Shown: positions 17,435 through 26,262, counted from the first letter of the stretch. The stretch: DNA of 32,000 bases from Planctopirus limnophila DSM 3776 (GCF_000092105.1 NC_014148.1:930001-962000), one strand, 5' to 3'. Notes: a model not told the origin generated them from the letters alone. Made by a program: numbers and translations.

Positions 17435-18024
17435 CCACTCCTCGAGATCAGCAGCGTTGTCAGGGAGAATTTGCGCCGCGGGAATCGTTTCCGGCTGCAC
17501 AAAAAATCTCTCGGCGTGATTGTCTGGCGATGCTCTCGACCTTGCCCTGGGTTTTCACCGGCTGTGGATACACGATTGGAAAAGCCTTCAGTCCTCAGAT
17601 TCGGACAGTGACTGTCCCTATTTTCGAGAACGATACTTTCCGCCGGGGGATTGAGTACCAGTTGACGGAAGCTGTGCAGCGTGAGATTCGCACACGAACC
17701 CCGTTTAAACTGGTGAATGGCGATGAAGCCGAGACACGCCTTTCGGGGAAAATTGTCGAAATCCGCAAAGATGTTCTGGGAGAAACCACCTGGGATGATC
17801 CTCGCGAACTGCAATTTTCACTGATGGTGCATGTGACCTGGGAAGATCTTCGCAGTGGTGAGGTCCTCGGTAAAGAGACCGCACCACTCGATACCAGTTC
17901 GATTGCCATGGCCTCTCAAGCCGACTTCGCACCTGAAGTTGGTCAATCTCTGGCCACCGCGACGGCCGACTCGACATCGAGGCTGGCCCGCCGGATTGTC
18001 AACATGATGGAAACGCCCTGGTAG
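17431..18024 (+). CDS. LptE-like LPS-assembly lipoprotein
   Basis: Lipobox VFTGCGY followed by RTVTVPIFENDTFRRGIEYQLTEAVQREI. Size (197 aa) fits LptE. ATGA overlap with the BamD-like gene. Confidence 0.6.
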   Translation: MTTPRDQQRCQGEFAPRESFPAAQKISRRDCLAMLSTLPWVFTGCGYTIGKAFSPQIRTVTVPIFENDTFRRGIEYQLTEAVQREIRTRTPFKLVNGDEAETRLSGKIVEIRKDVLGETTWDDPRELQFSLMVHVTWEDLRSGEVLGKETAPLDTSSIAMASQADFAPEVGQSLATATADSTSRLARRIVNMMETPW

Positions 18025-18299
18025 CGCAACCGATCATGTCGCATGTAAGCCTCAATTTGGCAAAAGTCCAGGTTTTGGCAACGCGTTGTTTCGGGCGTCA
18101 TTACTCCGCATATCTACCGTAAAAGACGATCGCGCGGGGAGAGTTGAGCAAGTATGCTAGCTGCAGGTCACTGTATTTTGCTCACAAATGTGCGTAAGTA
18201 CGGACTTTGGGTGCAGTTGGCGTTTGAGTAGCAGGGGTCAAGGGTGCTGACTGATCCCCACTATAAAATCCGCCTTGTTTCATTTGAGGAGGCTAGAAG

Positions 18300-18965
18300 T
18301 TGGCCAAAAAGAAAAAAGTACACAAGATCGAAAATGTTGTAACGCACATAATTGCCACTTTATCTCCAGAGGATCATACTATACAAAACGTTTATACACA
18401 TTTCTTGAATTGGTGTGAAAGGCATCATATTGACACAAGCGAAGAATTGATTGCCAAGTGGAGACTAATGCCAGAGAAATTAAAGTTTTGTGCAATAATT
18501 GTCTGCATGACACTTTCGACACCAATCCCTGATGATATTGTTAAAGAGGCGTTCAATTCGCGAGCTTCGCTGGTGAATGGCATTGCAAGTGCATACATAT
18601 CATCTCATGGGCCGGATGAGTTTTTCATAGCGTTATGTACAAGTTCATTCTATTTGAGGCCGACTTCGAGTCGCCTGCATCGTATATCCAGTATGATTGA
18701 GTTATGCAAAATCAAGTCCTGCCGTCCAATTGCATTATCAACTGCCCTGCTGCATATCGCATCGAGAAAGCAGTACCCAACAATGATTTGCACATCATGG
18801 ATTACATCGATTGAAAATCACTGTCGTTATGTATTCTCTGAGAGAGAGCAATTTCAAGCAATTGCGACACTTGTTGCTGAGACCACCAGGGACGTGTATG
18901 GAACTGCAGATGAAGATGTAAACTATGCTGTTGAGGAAATGACCAGGAATATGCTGAGAGGTTGA
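18300..18965 (+). CDS. ORFan, AT-rich hypothetical protein (221 aa), no recognisable domain
   Basis: TTG start preceded by a perfect GAGGAGG (18286-18292, 7-nt spacer). My hand counts on five 60-nt lines give about 32-45% GC, against >50% in the flanks. The protein is soluble, helical-looking and Cys-rich with an MAKKKK N-terminus. Confidence 0.5.
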   Translation: MAKKKKVHKIENVVTHIIATLSPEDHTIQNVYTHFLNWCERHHIDTSEELIAKWRLMPEKLKFCAIIVCMTLSTPIPDDIVKEAFNSRASLVNGIASAYISSHGPDEFFIALCTSSFYLRPTSSRLHRISSMIELCKIKSCRPIALSTALLHIASRKQYPTMICTSWITSIENHCRYVFSEREQFQAIATLVAETTRDVYGTADEDVNYAVEEMTRNMLRG

Positions 18966-19466
18966 CCAGAAAACTTAAGCAGTTGGTGATTTCTGGATAG
19001 GCTTCGGCTGGGTGGTACGGGCCGTCCGTCCTGATCGATACCCACACCTGCTGGCGAGGCTTTTCTGAAGGCGCCGGCTGGTCTTGGGAATTTCGAATCC
19101 GGGCCAGAGCATCATCCCAGCGGGTTTCCCGTCTCCTTTAGTAATCAGGAACTCAGCCGGCGATGACAGATGCCGGGTGCGATTCCACGCCGGGCTCAGC
19201 CTTCGATGTTTCCCGGGACTTCACCATCGTCAGCGATCCTTTCGCCAAGCACATGTCAAGAAACAAACCAGCGAAGTTCTGTGGAAAAGACAATAGATCC
19301 GAGACAGTATGCTTGACGGTTTCTTTCACGTCATTGCCTTCAAGGATAGGTGTAAGAGCCAGTTGCCGAGTCTATCCTTGCTATCTATTTCTGCCATCAT
19401 CGCAGACCAATCAAAACTTCAGATACAAACGTGTTGAAGCCACTCGAACATTCATAAGGCGATGCC

Positions 19467-20501
19467 ATGCAGGCTGCGATTTTTCGTCGAACAGGTGAAC
19501 CCGTAGACGTGATTGAAATTCAATCCATCCACACAAACAAATCACCTTCAGGAGCAGATTCTGCTTCCGCCCATGCTGCTCAAACGCCAGCAAAAGGCAT
19601 GGTGCGTGTGCGGATGGAAGCAGCGCCGATCAATCCCTCAGATCTGATGACGATTCGCGGCCGGTACACTAAGCAGCCACCCCTTCCGGCTCGCATTGGC
19701 TATGAAGGTGCAGGGATTGTGAGTGCGGCAAATGCCGGTCTGTATGGACGATGGCTGGTCGGGAAGCGCGTTGCTGTCCTCGCTGCGGATGGCGGCACCT
19801 GGGGCGAAGAGTTGGATCTGCCAGCCAAAAATGTGATCCCTGTCGGTTCCAAACTTAATTCCCTCGAAGCGGCCAGTTTCTTTGTGAATCCCGCCACCAC
19901 CTGGCTGTTAACGAATCAGAGCCTGTCGATTCCTCAAGGTGGCTGGCTCGTACAGTCGGCAGCAGCTTCGGCTGTCGGGCAGATGGTCTGTGCCCTCGGG
20001 AAGCATTACGGCTTCCGCACGATGAATCTGGTGAGATCGGCCAGCGCTCTAGAAATTGTGAAGCGAGCCGGTGGCGATGCCGTCATCGTGACAGATGACG
20101 CAGGCTTGTGGAAAGAAGAGCTTCAGCAGCAGTTACCGGGTGGCCGCATACGTTATGCGATTGATCCCGTCGGCGGAGAGTTGGCAGCCACTCTGGTTTC
20201 AATGCTGGGTGAATCTGGCCAGATTGTCTTGTATGGGACGCTTTCGCATGAACCGATGAGCTTTTCCCCACGTTCATTAATGACGTACGGAGCCAGCGTG
20301 AGGGGCTTCTGGCTCGGTGCTGAGATGGCCAGGATGAACTTATGGAAGAAACTTTCTCTCGTGAAGACCATCCGTTATCTCCAGGAACGCAGAATTCTGC
20401 GAACCGAAGTGGGATTGCAGTTTCCTATCGATGAAGTTCATCAGGCTGTGCTCGCGGCAGAAGCTCCGCAGAAATCCGGCAAGGTCTATCTCGTATTTTA
20501 A
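19467..20501 (+). CDS. MDR-superfamily NAD(P)H-dependent oxidoreductase (quinone/enoyl reductase-like)
   Basis: VRVRMEAAPINPSDLMTIRGRY...IGYEGAGIV, then the nucleotide-binding region GGWLVQSAAASAVGQMV and the ending SGKVYLVF. No catalytic-zinc Cys ligands are evident. Confidence 0.85.
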   Translation: MQAAIFRRTGEPVDVIEIQSIHTNKSPSGADSASAHAAQTPAKGMVRVRMEAAPINPSDLMTIRGRYTKQPPLPARIGYEGAGIVSAANAGLYGRWLVGKRVAVLAADGGTWGEELDLPAKNVIPVGSKLNSLEAASFFVNPATTWLLTNQSLSIPQGGWLVQSAAASAVGQMVCALGKHYGFRTMNLVRSASALEIVKRAGGDAVIVTDDAGLWKEELQQQLPGGRIRYAIDPVGGELAATLVSMLGESGQIVLYGTLSHEPMSFSPRSLMTYGASVRGFWLGAEMARMNLWKKLSLVKTIRYLQERRILRTEVGLQFPIDEVHQAVLAAEAPQKSGKVYLVF

Positions 20502-20661
20502 GGAATTCGTTCGATGAGTCTCCTTGTGGGCCATCAGGCTCACAGGTCAGACTGCAAACCGATATGAATCTTGGAAGCACTCACACTTTGCTCGCTGGAA
20601 TTGGATATAATTTTGAACGACTGTTATCAGAAAACCGACGACGCATTTTCAGCATGAGTGA

Positions 20662-23196
20662 ATGATGAGCAGTGGCAGCCCTTCACAACTATTGGCAGGA
20701 GCAGTGCCCATGAGTGCGAGTTCGTACGGCAGCTTAAAGATCTCATCCGATCAGGCGAGGCTTCCACGACCAGAAACTCTGTCAGTCAGCAGGACCTCGA
20801 AAACGTGGTTCCTGCAGCCGAAATGCCTGCTGCTGTTGATGTTGTGTGGAAGCCTGTGGTTGACACCTAAGGCAGGATTTGCTGCCGTCGATCCAGTGCC
20901 TGGCGCACCACCCCGCGAAGATGCACCAATTCCTGAGGGTTCAGGTGCGAAGAGTTCAGGTGCTGAAGCGAAGTCCCCCAGTGTACCGCTCATCCCTCAG
21001 GGTGTGGCCCCGGCAGAAAATAATGGTTCAGGGATTGCCAATGCAAATGCGCTTCAGGCTGGTCAACCACTGGGGCAGTTCGTCCGTGTGACAGCACCGA
21101 TCAACGATGTGGTCTTCAATCAGATCACGGGGACAGCACAAAAACTCCAGGCGACTGCCACTGCCGAAAATCGACCAGCCGTGATGGTGCTCGAAATCGA
21201 ACCGGGAGTCAGCCCACCGCATCAGGTGCAGGGTCTGGTTCGTTTCCTCCTTTCGGCACAGACACCGCGTGTGCGATTTGTGGCCTGGGTGCCTCAGACA
21301 GTCACCGGTCGGCAGGCGATGGTCGCACTGGCCTGTCAGGATGTTGTCGTGAAACCAGATGCTGAGCTGGGAGACTTAGGTCGCGGCGAGAAATTACCCG
21401 AAGAAGATCAGCAGCTCTTGCAGATGATTGCCTCCCGGCGGGTCAACCCGCGCGTCAGTTCAGCCGTCTTGTCGAGTCTGACCAATCGAGAGGCCGTGCT
21501 GTGGAAGGTGACTGTCGAAAAACCGGGTGCTGGTGGTGAAAAAGGGACAGATATCCGCTTTGTCGATGCGGAAGAACTGAAGCAACTCCAGGCATCGCAA
21601 GCTGTCATTCTGGAAACCCAGCGGCTGAAAGAAGCCGGTCTGGTCGGTCGATTCAGCGGTGACACTTTGCGAAGCTGGGGTATGGTTTGCACACAAACAG
21701 CCGAGACCAAGACCGAAGTGGCCGATCTTTATCAGTTGCCCAAAGAATCCATGCGAATCAGGCCGGCCGAAGAACAGCAGAAGGTGGGGATCATTCGTCT
21801 GGATGGCGTCATCAATCAGATGAATGGGACATTTCTGCGCAGGCAGATTGCCAGATATCAGGCCCAGGGTGTCGAACTGTTGATTATCGAAATTGACTCG
21901 CCGGGAGGACTGGCAACCGTCAGTTCAGAACTTGCCGAACTGATCGCGAGTCTCTCCGAGGAGAAGATTCGCACAGTGGCGTGGATTCCCCGTCAAGCAA
22001 TCAGTGGTGCGGCCATGGTCGCTTTGGGCTGTGATGAAATCTACATGGCTCCAAATGCCAAGATGGGGGATGTACAGCCCATCGAGGCACGCCCGGGTGA
22101 AGCCTTTGAACGTGTTCCCGATAAAGTGATGACCGTCATCAGGGCCACCTTGCTGGCACTCGCGAAGCAAAAAGGGCGTCCCGAAGCAATTGCGGCTGCG
22201 ATGGCTGACCGGGGAACGCGAGTCTTCCGCATGCGGGAAAAATCTTCGGGTCGTGTGTGGTTCATGACAGAGGAAGAGGCTGAAGCCGCTGGCGATTTGT
22301 GGGAAAAAGGGCCTCAACTTGAAGAGACTCGCGGCGAAATGGTGATCACGCTCACGGCACCACGAGCTGTTGAACTCAAAATGGCAGACGGCATTGTTCC
22401 GGATCTGGATGCGCTTAAGGAAAAACTGGGGATTTCTGCAGAGCTTAGGCTCCAGCCGATCAAACCCAGTTGGGTCGATTCACTGGTCTTTGTGTTGAAT
22501 ACCACCCCCATGAAGGTCTTGCTGTTGATGGTGGCACTGGGGGCACTTTACCTTGAAGCTCACTTCTTCACCGGGATTTTGAGTATTGTCTCGGCCACCA
22601 GCTTTACGCTGTTTTTCTGGGCTGCGTTTTTAGGAGGAACTGCCGGTTGGCTGGAAGTCTCGCTTTTCCTCCTGGGAGTGGTGTTGATCGCCATGGAGAT
22701 TTTCGTGATTCCAGGGTTTGGAGTCACCGGGATCTCAGGGATCCTCCTGGTGCTGACTTCGCTGGTCATGGCCATTGAATCGTTTCGCCATGTCGATGCC
22801 TGGGGAGCCTCCATCAATATCGCTCATGGATTAGGCACCATCTCGGCAGCGATGGTGGGTGTGATGATCTTTGGATTTTTCGTGAGCAAGTACCTCCCGA
22901 ACCTCCCCTGGATGGAAGCCATGATCCTGGCACCTCCTGGTGGAGCAGCGGCTATCGAAGCCACCGGCAGACCTCGTTTAAGGCATGACGAACTCCAGGC
23001 GATTTCTGCGGACTTAATGGGAGCTCATGGTGTGGCCACCACTGTGCTAAGGCCTTCCGGTAAAGCTCGAGTCGGGCAGCAGATTCTGGATGTGGTGAGT
23101 GATGGTGGCTTTGTTCAACCGGGAACTCCCATCGAAGTCATTTCTGTCGATGGAGTACGGATCGTCGTACGACCGGCTGAAAGTCACCCGGTGTAA
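20662..23196 (+). CDS. Long-form NfeD-like membrane-bound ClpP-class serine protease
   Basis: Signal/anchor LLLLMLCGSLWL. Two ClpP/crotonase-like modules; the second has LLIIEIDSPGGL and ISGAAMVALGCDEIYMAPNAKMGD. A block of TM helices spans about residues 610-750. C-terminal NfeD OB domain: GAHGVATTVLRPSGKARVGQQILDVVSDGGFVQPGTPIEVISVDGVRIVVRP. Confidence 0.8.
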   Translation: MMSSGSPSQLLAGAVPMSASSYGSLKISSDQARLPRPETLSVSRTSKTWFLQPKCLLLLMLCGSLWLTPKAGFAAVDPVPGAPPREDAPIPEGSGAKSSGAEAKSPSVPLIPQGVAPAENNGSGIANANALQAGQPLGQFVRVTAPINDVVFNQITGTAQKLQATATAENRPAVMVLEIEPGVSPPHQVQGLVRFLLSAQTPRVRFVAWVPQTVTGRQAMVALACQDVVVKPDAELGDLGRGEKLPEEDQQLLQMIASRRVNPRVSSAVLSSLTNREAVLWKVTVEKPGAGGEKGTDIRFVDAEELKQLQASQAVILETQRLKEAGLVGRFSGDTLRSWGMVCTQTAETKTEVADLYQLPKESMRIRPAEEQQKVGIIRLDGVINQMNGTFLRRQIARYQAQGVELLIIEIDSPGGLATVSSELAELIASLSEEKIRTVAWIPRQAISGAAMVALGCDEIYMAPNAKMGDVQPIEARPGEAFERVPDKVMTVIRATLLALAKQKGRPEAIAAAMADRGTRVFRMREKSSGRVWFMTEEEAEAAGDLWEKGPQLEETRGEMVITLTAPRAVELKMADGIVPDLDALKEKLGISAELRLQPIKPSWVDSLVFVLNTTPMKVLLLMVALGALYLEAHFFTGILSIVSATSFTLFFWAAFLGGTAGWLEVSLFLLGVVLIAMEIFVIPGFGVTGISGILLVLTSLVMAIESFRHVDAWGASINIAHGLGTISAAMVGVMIFGFFVSKYLPNLPWMEAMILAPPGGAAAIEATGRPRLRHDELQAISADLMGAHGVATTVLRPSGKARVGQQILDVVSDGGFVQPGTPIEVISVDGVRIVVRPAESHPV

Positions 23197-23418
23197 TTCC
23201 ACTCGCAAAGCGATACCTTTCCGTGCCGTTCCCAAAGAGATTTTGCGAACAACACCGCATGCGGGGGAATGCTCATCGCGGAATCACGCTCAGCCGACCG
23301 TTATCATGTGGATTGTTATCGAGAGTTGATGGATTCATCAGAGATCGGGATCTTCCATCCCGTGTCAATATTCGAGATGATTCCGTGAAACGTGCGGCCC
23401 GGAGAAAAGGACAGCAAG

Positions 23419-23904
23419 ATGCCGGCTTGGTATGAGATTATTCGAGTGGGTAAAGTTCCTTATGGGAAAGGCGTCTTTGCCATCCGGACAATTACCGCAG
23501 GCGAGACAATCGGGAAGGTCACCGGAAAAGTGATCGATGATCCGGAGTACACTTCGACTTACTGCATCGATCTGGGAGATGGGGTTAAGTCGCTGGAGCC
23601 ACGGGGCCCGTTCCGCTATTTGAATCATTGCTGCGAGCCGAATGCGAAATTGTTTCTGCATGAAACAGTCTATGAAGACGGCACACCCGGCCCGACGGAA
23701 GTGACGGTTGAGGCTCTCTGCACGATTGAGCCCGAGGAAGAAGTCCGCATCGACTACGCCTGGGACATTGTTGGGGCGATTCCCTGCTTATGCGGCGCCA
23801 GCCAATGCCGGGGTTGGATTGTCGATCCCGAGCAGCTTCCCAAGTTATTGAAAAAGCAGAAAAAACTGACGGAACGCGACAAAGCCCCACAAAAATCGAA
23901 GTAA
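23419..23904 (+). CDS. SET-domain protein-lysine methyltransferase homolog with post-SET zinc motif
   Basis: GKGVFAIRTITAGETIG, RYLNHCCEPN (the NHxCxPN motif), EEVRIDYAW and CLCGASQCRGW (CxCx4C post-SET). Lys-rich tail KLLKKQKKLTERDKAPQKSK. ATG 23419 is preceded by GGAGAAAAGGA; the ORF opens at GTG 23392. Confidence 0.85.
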   Translation: MPAWYEIIRVGKVPYGKGVFAIRTITAGETIGKVTGKVIDDPEYTSTYCIDLGDGVKSLEPRGPFRYLNHCCEPNAKLFLHETVYEDGTPGPTEVTVEALCTIEPEEEVRIDYAWDIVGAIPCLCGASQCRGWIVDPEQLPKLLKKQKKLTERDKAPQKSK

Positions 23905-24085
23905 CATATTGCCCAGGAATATGTTGCATCGAAACATCTTTACCGTTAGGGCAAGATTCAGTCGGGATCAAATCCTCTGTATGGTTGACGACAGGCGGAG
24001 CAATCGCCATGATTCGCGGTTTCTGGCTTTGAACCAACAAGAGCTTTTGGGTGCGCACGATTAAGGTCGTGCAGGAGTCTGGTGC

Positions 24086-24694
24086 ATGGGTCGTTATACG
24101 GGTCCTAAGGGACGTGTGAATCGTCGGTTGGGTGCAATCGTTTTCGAAAATGCCGGTGCCATTCGTGCGCTGGAGCGTCGCAATACTCCGCCAGGTATGG
24201 CCGAGCGAAGAAGAAAACTGTCCGCCTATGGGACAGCTCACTTCGAAAAGCAGAAGATCAAGTATTACTATGGCTTGCGCGAAGCACAGCTGCGAAAATA
24301 CTTCGAAATGGCCCGCGCCAAGAAGGGGAATACCGGCGAGTTTCTCCTTCTGACCTGCGAGCGTCGGCTGGATAACATTGTCCGCCGTGCCGGCTTCACC
24401 AAGAGCCGCCTCCAGGCACGACAGGGGATTGTACACCGTCACTTCCAGTTAAATGGCCACACCGTTGACATTCCGTCGATTCTGGTCAAGCCAGGCGACG
24501 TGATCACTCTGCGGAACCGTCCAAACGTTAAAGAACTTTATGCCGACCTGGTCGAGAGTGCCTCTCTTCCTTCAGTCGACTGGCTGGCCGTTGATCGCAG
24601 CGGGTTTGAGATCCGCGTCATGGCTCTGCCGACAGCTACTGACATCAGCCTGCCCGTCGAGATTGGTCTCGTCGTCGCCCTCATGTCACGATAA
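24086..24694 (+). CDS. rpsD: 30S ribosomal protein S4
   Basis: MGRYTGPKGRVNRRLG, KLSAYGTAHFEKQKIKYYYGLREAQLRKYF, ERRLDNIVRRAGF...SRLQARQGIVHRHFQLNGHTVDIPSILVKPGDVI (S4 RNA-binding domain). Confidence 0.95.
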   Translation: MGRYTGPKGRVNRRLGAIVFENAGAIRALERRNTPPGMAERRRKLSAYGTAHFEKQKIKYYYGLREAQLRKYFEMARAKKGNTGEFLLLTCERRLDNIVRRAGFTKSRLQARQGIVHRHFQLNGHTVDIPSILVKPGDVITLRNRPNVKELYADLVESASLPSVDWLAVDRSGFEIRVMALPTATDISLPVEIGLVVALMSR

Positions 24695-24775
24695 TCAGTT
24701 GTTACGATAAACCGTCCATTCGGGCTGTGAAATTTCAATTTCGGATTTCAACATGCCTGCGGAAATCATCATGAG

Positions 24776-24815
24776 GCCCTCGAAGGATCATCCTTCGGGG
24801 GCTAATTGTTTGTTG
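24776..24815 (+). terminator. Probable intrinsic terminator downstream of rpsD
   Basis: GCCCTCGAAGGA-TCA-TCCTTCGGGGGC forms an 11-12 bp GC-rich stem (one G-U pair). It is followed by the T-rich TAATTGTTTGTTG, 82 nt after the rpsD stop. Confidence 0.5.
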
Positions 24816-24897
24816 TCGATCGTGATTTGGTCTTTGGTCAAATTGTCTTGAGTTCAGCTGAAACGAAGTCCCAGGCGTTCTGGCAAATCTCCTGCTG

Positions 24898-25536
24898 ATG
24901 GGCACACTTATGTCCGATGATCGATATCCCACCATTCTCCTGTTCGGTGCCCCTGGGGTAGGGAAAGGGACGCAAGGCACAATTCTGGGTCAGATTCCCG
25001 GGTTCTTTCATCTGGCCTGTGGCGATGTTTTCCGTTCGCTCAACATTCGCTCTCCTGAAGGCCGGGAAATCTACGACCACAGTTCACGCGGCGAACTCGT
25101 TCCAGATGAATTGACAGTCCGCGTCTGGAATAAGGCACTCCTGGGACACATTGCTGTCTCGCGTTTTCGACCGCCGGAAGAAATTCTGATTCTGGACGGC
25201 ATTCCCAGAACGGTGACTCAGGCGGAAATTCTCAACTCGACGATCAACGTCCTGAAGGTCATTCATCTTATCTGTGCCGATCATGAACAGATGATTGACC
25301 GCATTAAACGCCGGGCCATTCGGGAAAACCGGGCTGACGATGCTTCGGAAGAGGTGATCCGGCGACGCTTCGAAGTGTACCGCCGCGAGAGCGACCCTGT
25401 GATCAACTGCTACGACTCGGACAAAGTCGCATTCGTGGATGCCTTACAGAGACCATCAAAAGTCTTGTCAGATATTCTGCAGATTCTCATTCCCGTACAG
25501 GCTGACTGGCTCAAATCTTTGGATGAGACACCTTGA
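24898..25536 (+). CDS. adk: Adenylate kinase (short-LID type, no zinc knuckle)
   Basis: P-loop ILLFGAPGVGKGTQG, HLACGDVFR, ILDGIPRTVTQAE, and a short LID RIKRRAIRENRADDASEEVIRRR. ATG 24910 is an alternative start. Confidence 0.85.
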   Translation: MGTLMSDDRYPTILLFGAPGVGKGTQGTILGQIPGFFHLACGDVFRSLNIRSPEGREIYDHSSRGELVPDELTVRVWNKALLGHIAVSRFRPPEEILILDGIPRTVTQAEILNSTINVLKVIHLICADHEQMIDRIKRRAIRENRADDASEEVIRRRFEVYRRESDPVINCYDSDKVAFVDALQRPSKVLSDILQILIPVQADWLKSLDETP

Positions 25537-25704
25537 ATCGAGGTATCTCTCGGATGACGTGGCAGGCCATCGAATCGACAATAGTCTCGCAAGTTGCGAT
25601 CCAGGGAAGTCGTACCCCAGTGGGTGATTCCCGCCGGGCCTCCGTTGCGATAGAATCAGGACGAAGTTGAAGAGCGAGCCCGTTTTGCCGGGGAACCATC
25701 CATC

Positions 25705-26262
25705 ATGACAACACTGCTGGGCTCAAAATTACTCACCGCAGACGAATACGGCCGACTGGATAACGACGGCCGGTTGACAGAACTTGTCCGTGGGAGAGTT
25801 GTCGAGATGAATCGGCCGTTCACATCGCATGGATACATTCTCATCAATACCAGCTTTTGGTTGGCGCAGTTTGTGAAGCAGAAAAATTTGGGGAGGGTCG
25901 TCGGAGGTGATGCGGGGGTCGTGACACAACACGATCCCGATACTGTACGTGGCCCGGATCTCGCCTATTACAGCTATCAACGAATCCCGGCAGGTTCATT
26001 ACCAGAGGGATACTGGCCAGCCAGTCCCGAACTGGTCATCGAGATTCGCTCCCAGAACGATCGCTGGAAAGACATCCTGCAGAAGGTGGCTGAGTACCTC
26101 AATGCCAATGTTCTCACAGTGGCCATCATCGACCCCAGTTCTAAACATGTCCATGTTTATTCAGCCGACCAGGAAGCACAGATTTTGACGAGTGCCGACC
26201 TTTTGACGTTTCCCGATATCCTGCCCGGCTTCGAAGTTGTTGTGGACAGCCTGTTTGAATAA
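25705..26262 (+). CDS. Uma2-family (DUF820) putative PD-(D/E)xK endonuclease
   Basis: LTADEYGRL...TELVRGRVVEM, SHGYI, RGPDLAYY and PELVIEIRS are the characteristic Uma2 blocks. 185 aa. Confidence 0.8.
   Translation: MTTLLGSKLLTADEYGRLDNDGRLTELVRGRVVEMNRPFTSHGYILINTSFWLAQFVKQKNLGRVVGGDAGVVTQHDPDTVRGPDLAYYSYQRIPAGSLPEGYWPASPELVIEIRSQNDRWKDILQKVAEYLNANVLTVAIIDPSSKHVHVYSADQEAQILTSADLLTFPDILPGFEVVVDSLFE

Noticed and set aside
18056-18090. Direct repeat TTTGGCAA (18056-18063 and 18074-18081) and TGGCAACGCGTTGT, considered as a sigma-54 promoter for the ORFan
   Set aside because: The -12 element is TTGT rather than TTGC and sits one base too close to the GG. The site would also be about 200 nt upstream of the start. 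It does not meet the spacing criterion satisfied by the 4604-4620 site.
23585-24442. 285-aa minus-strand ORF spanning the SET gene 3' end, the intergenic gap and the rpsD 5' half
   Set aside because: It overlaps two strongly supported plus-strand genes, including ribosomal protein S4. The translation is not protein-like.
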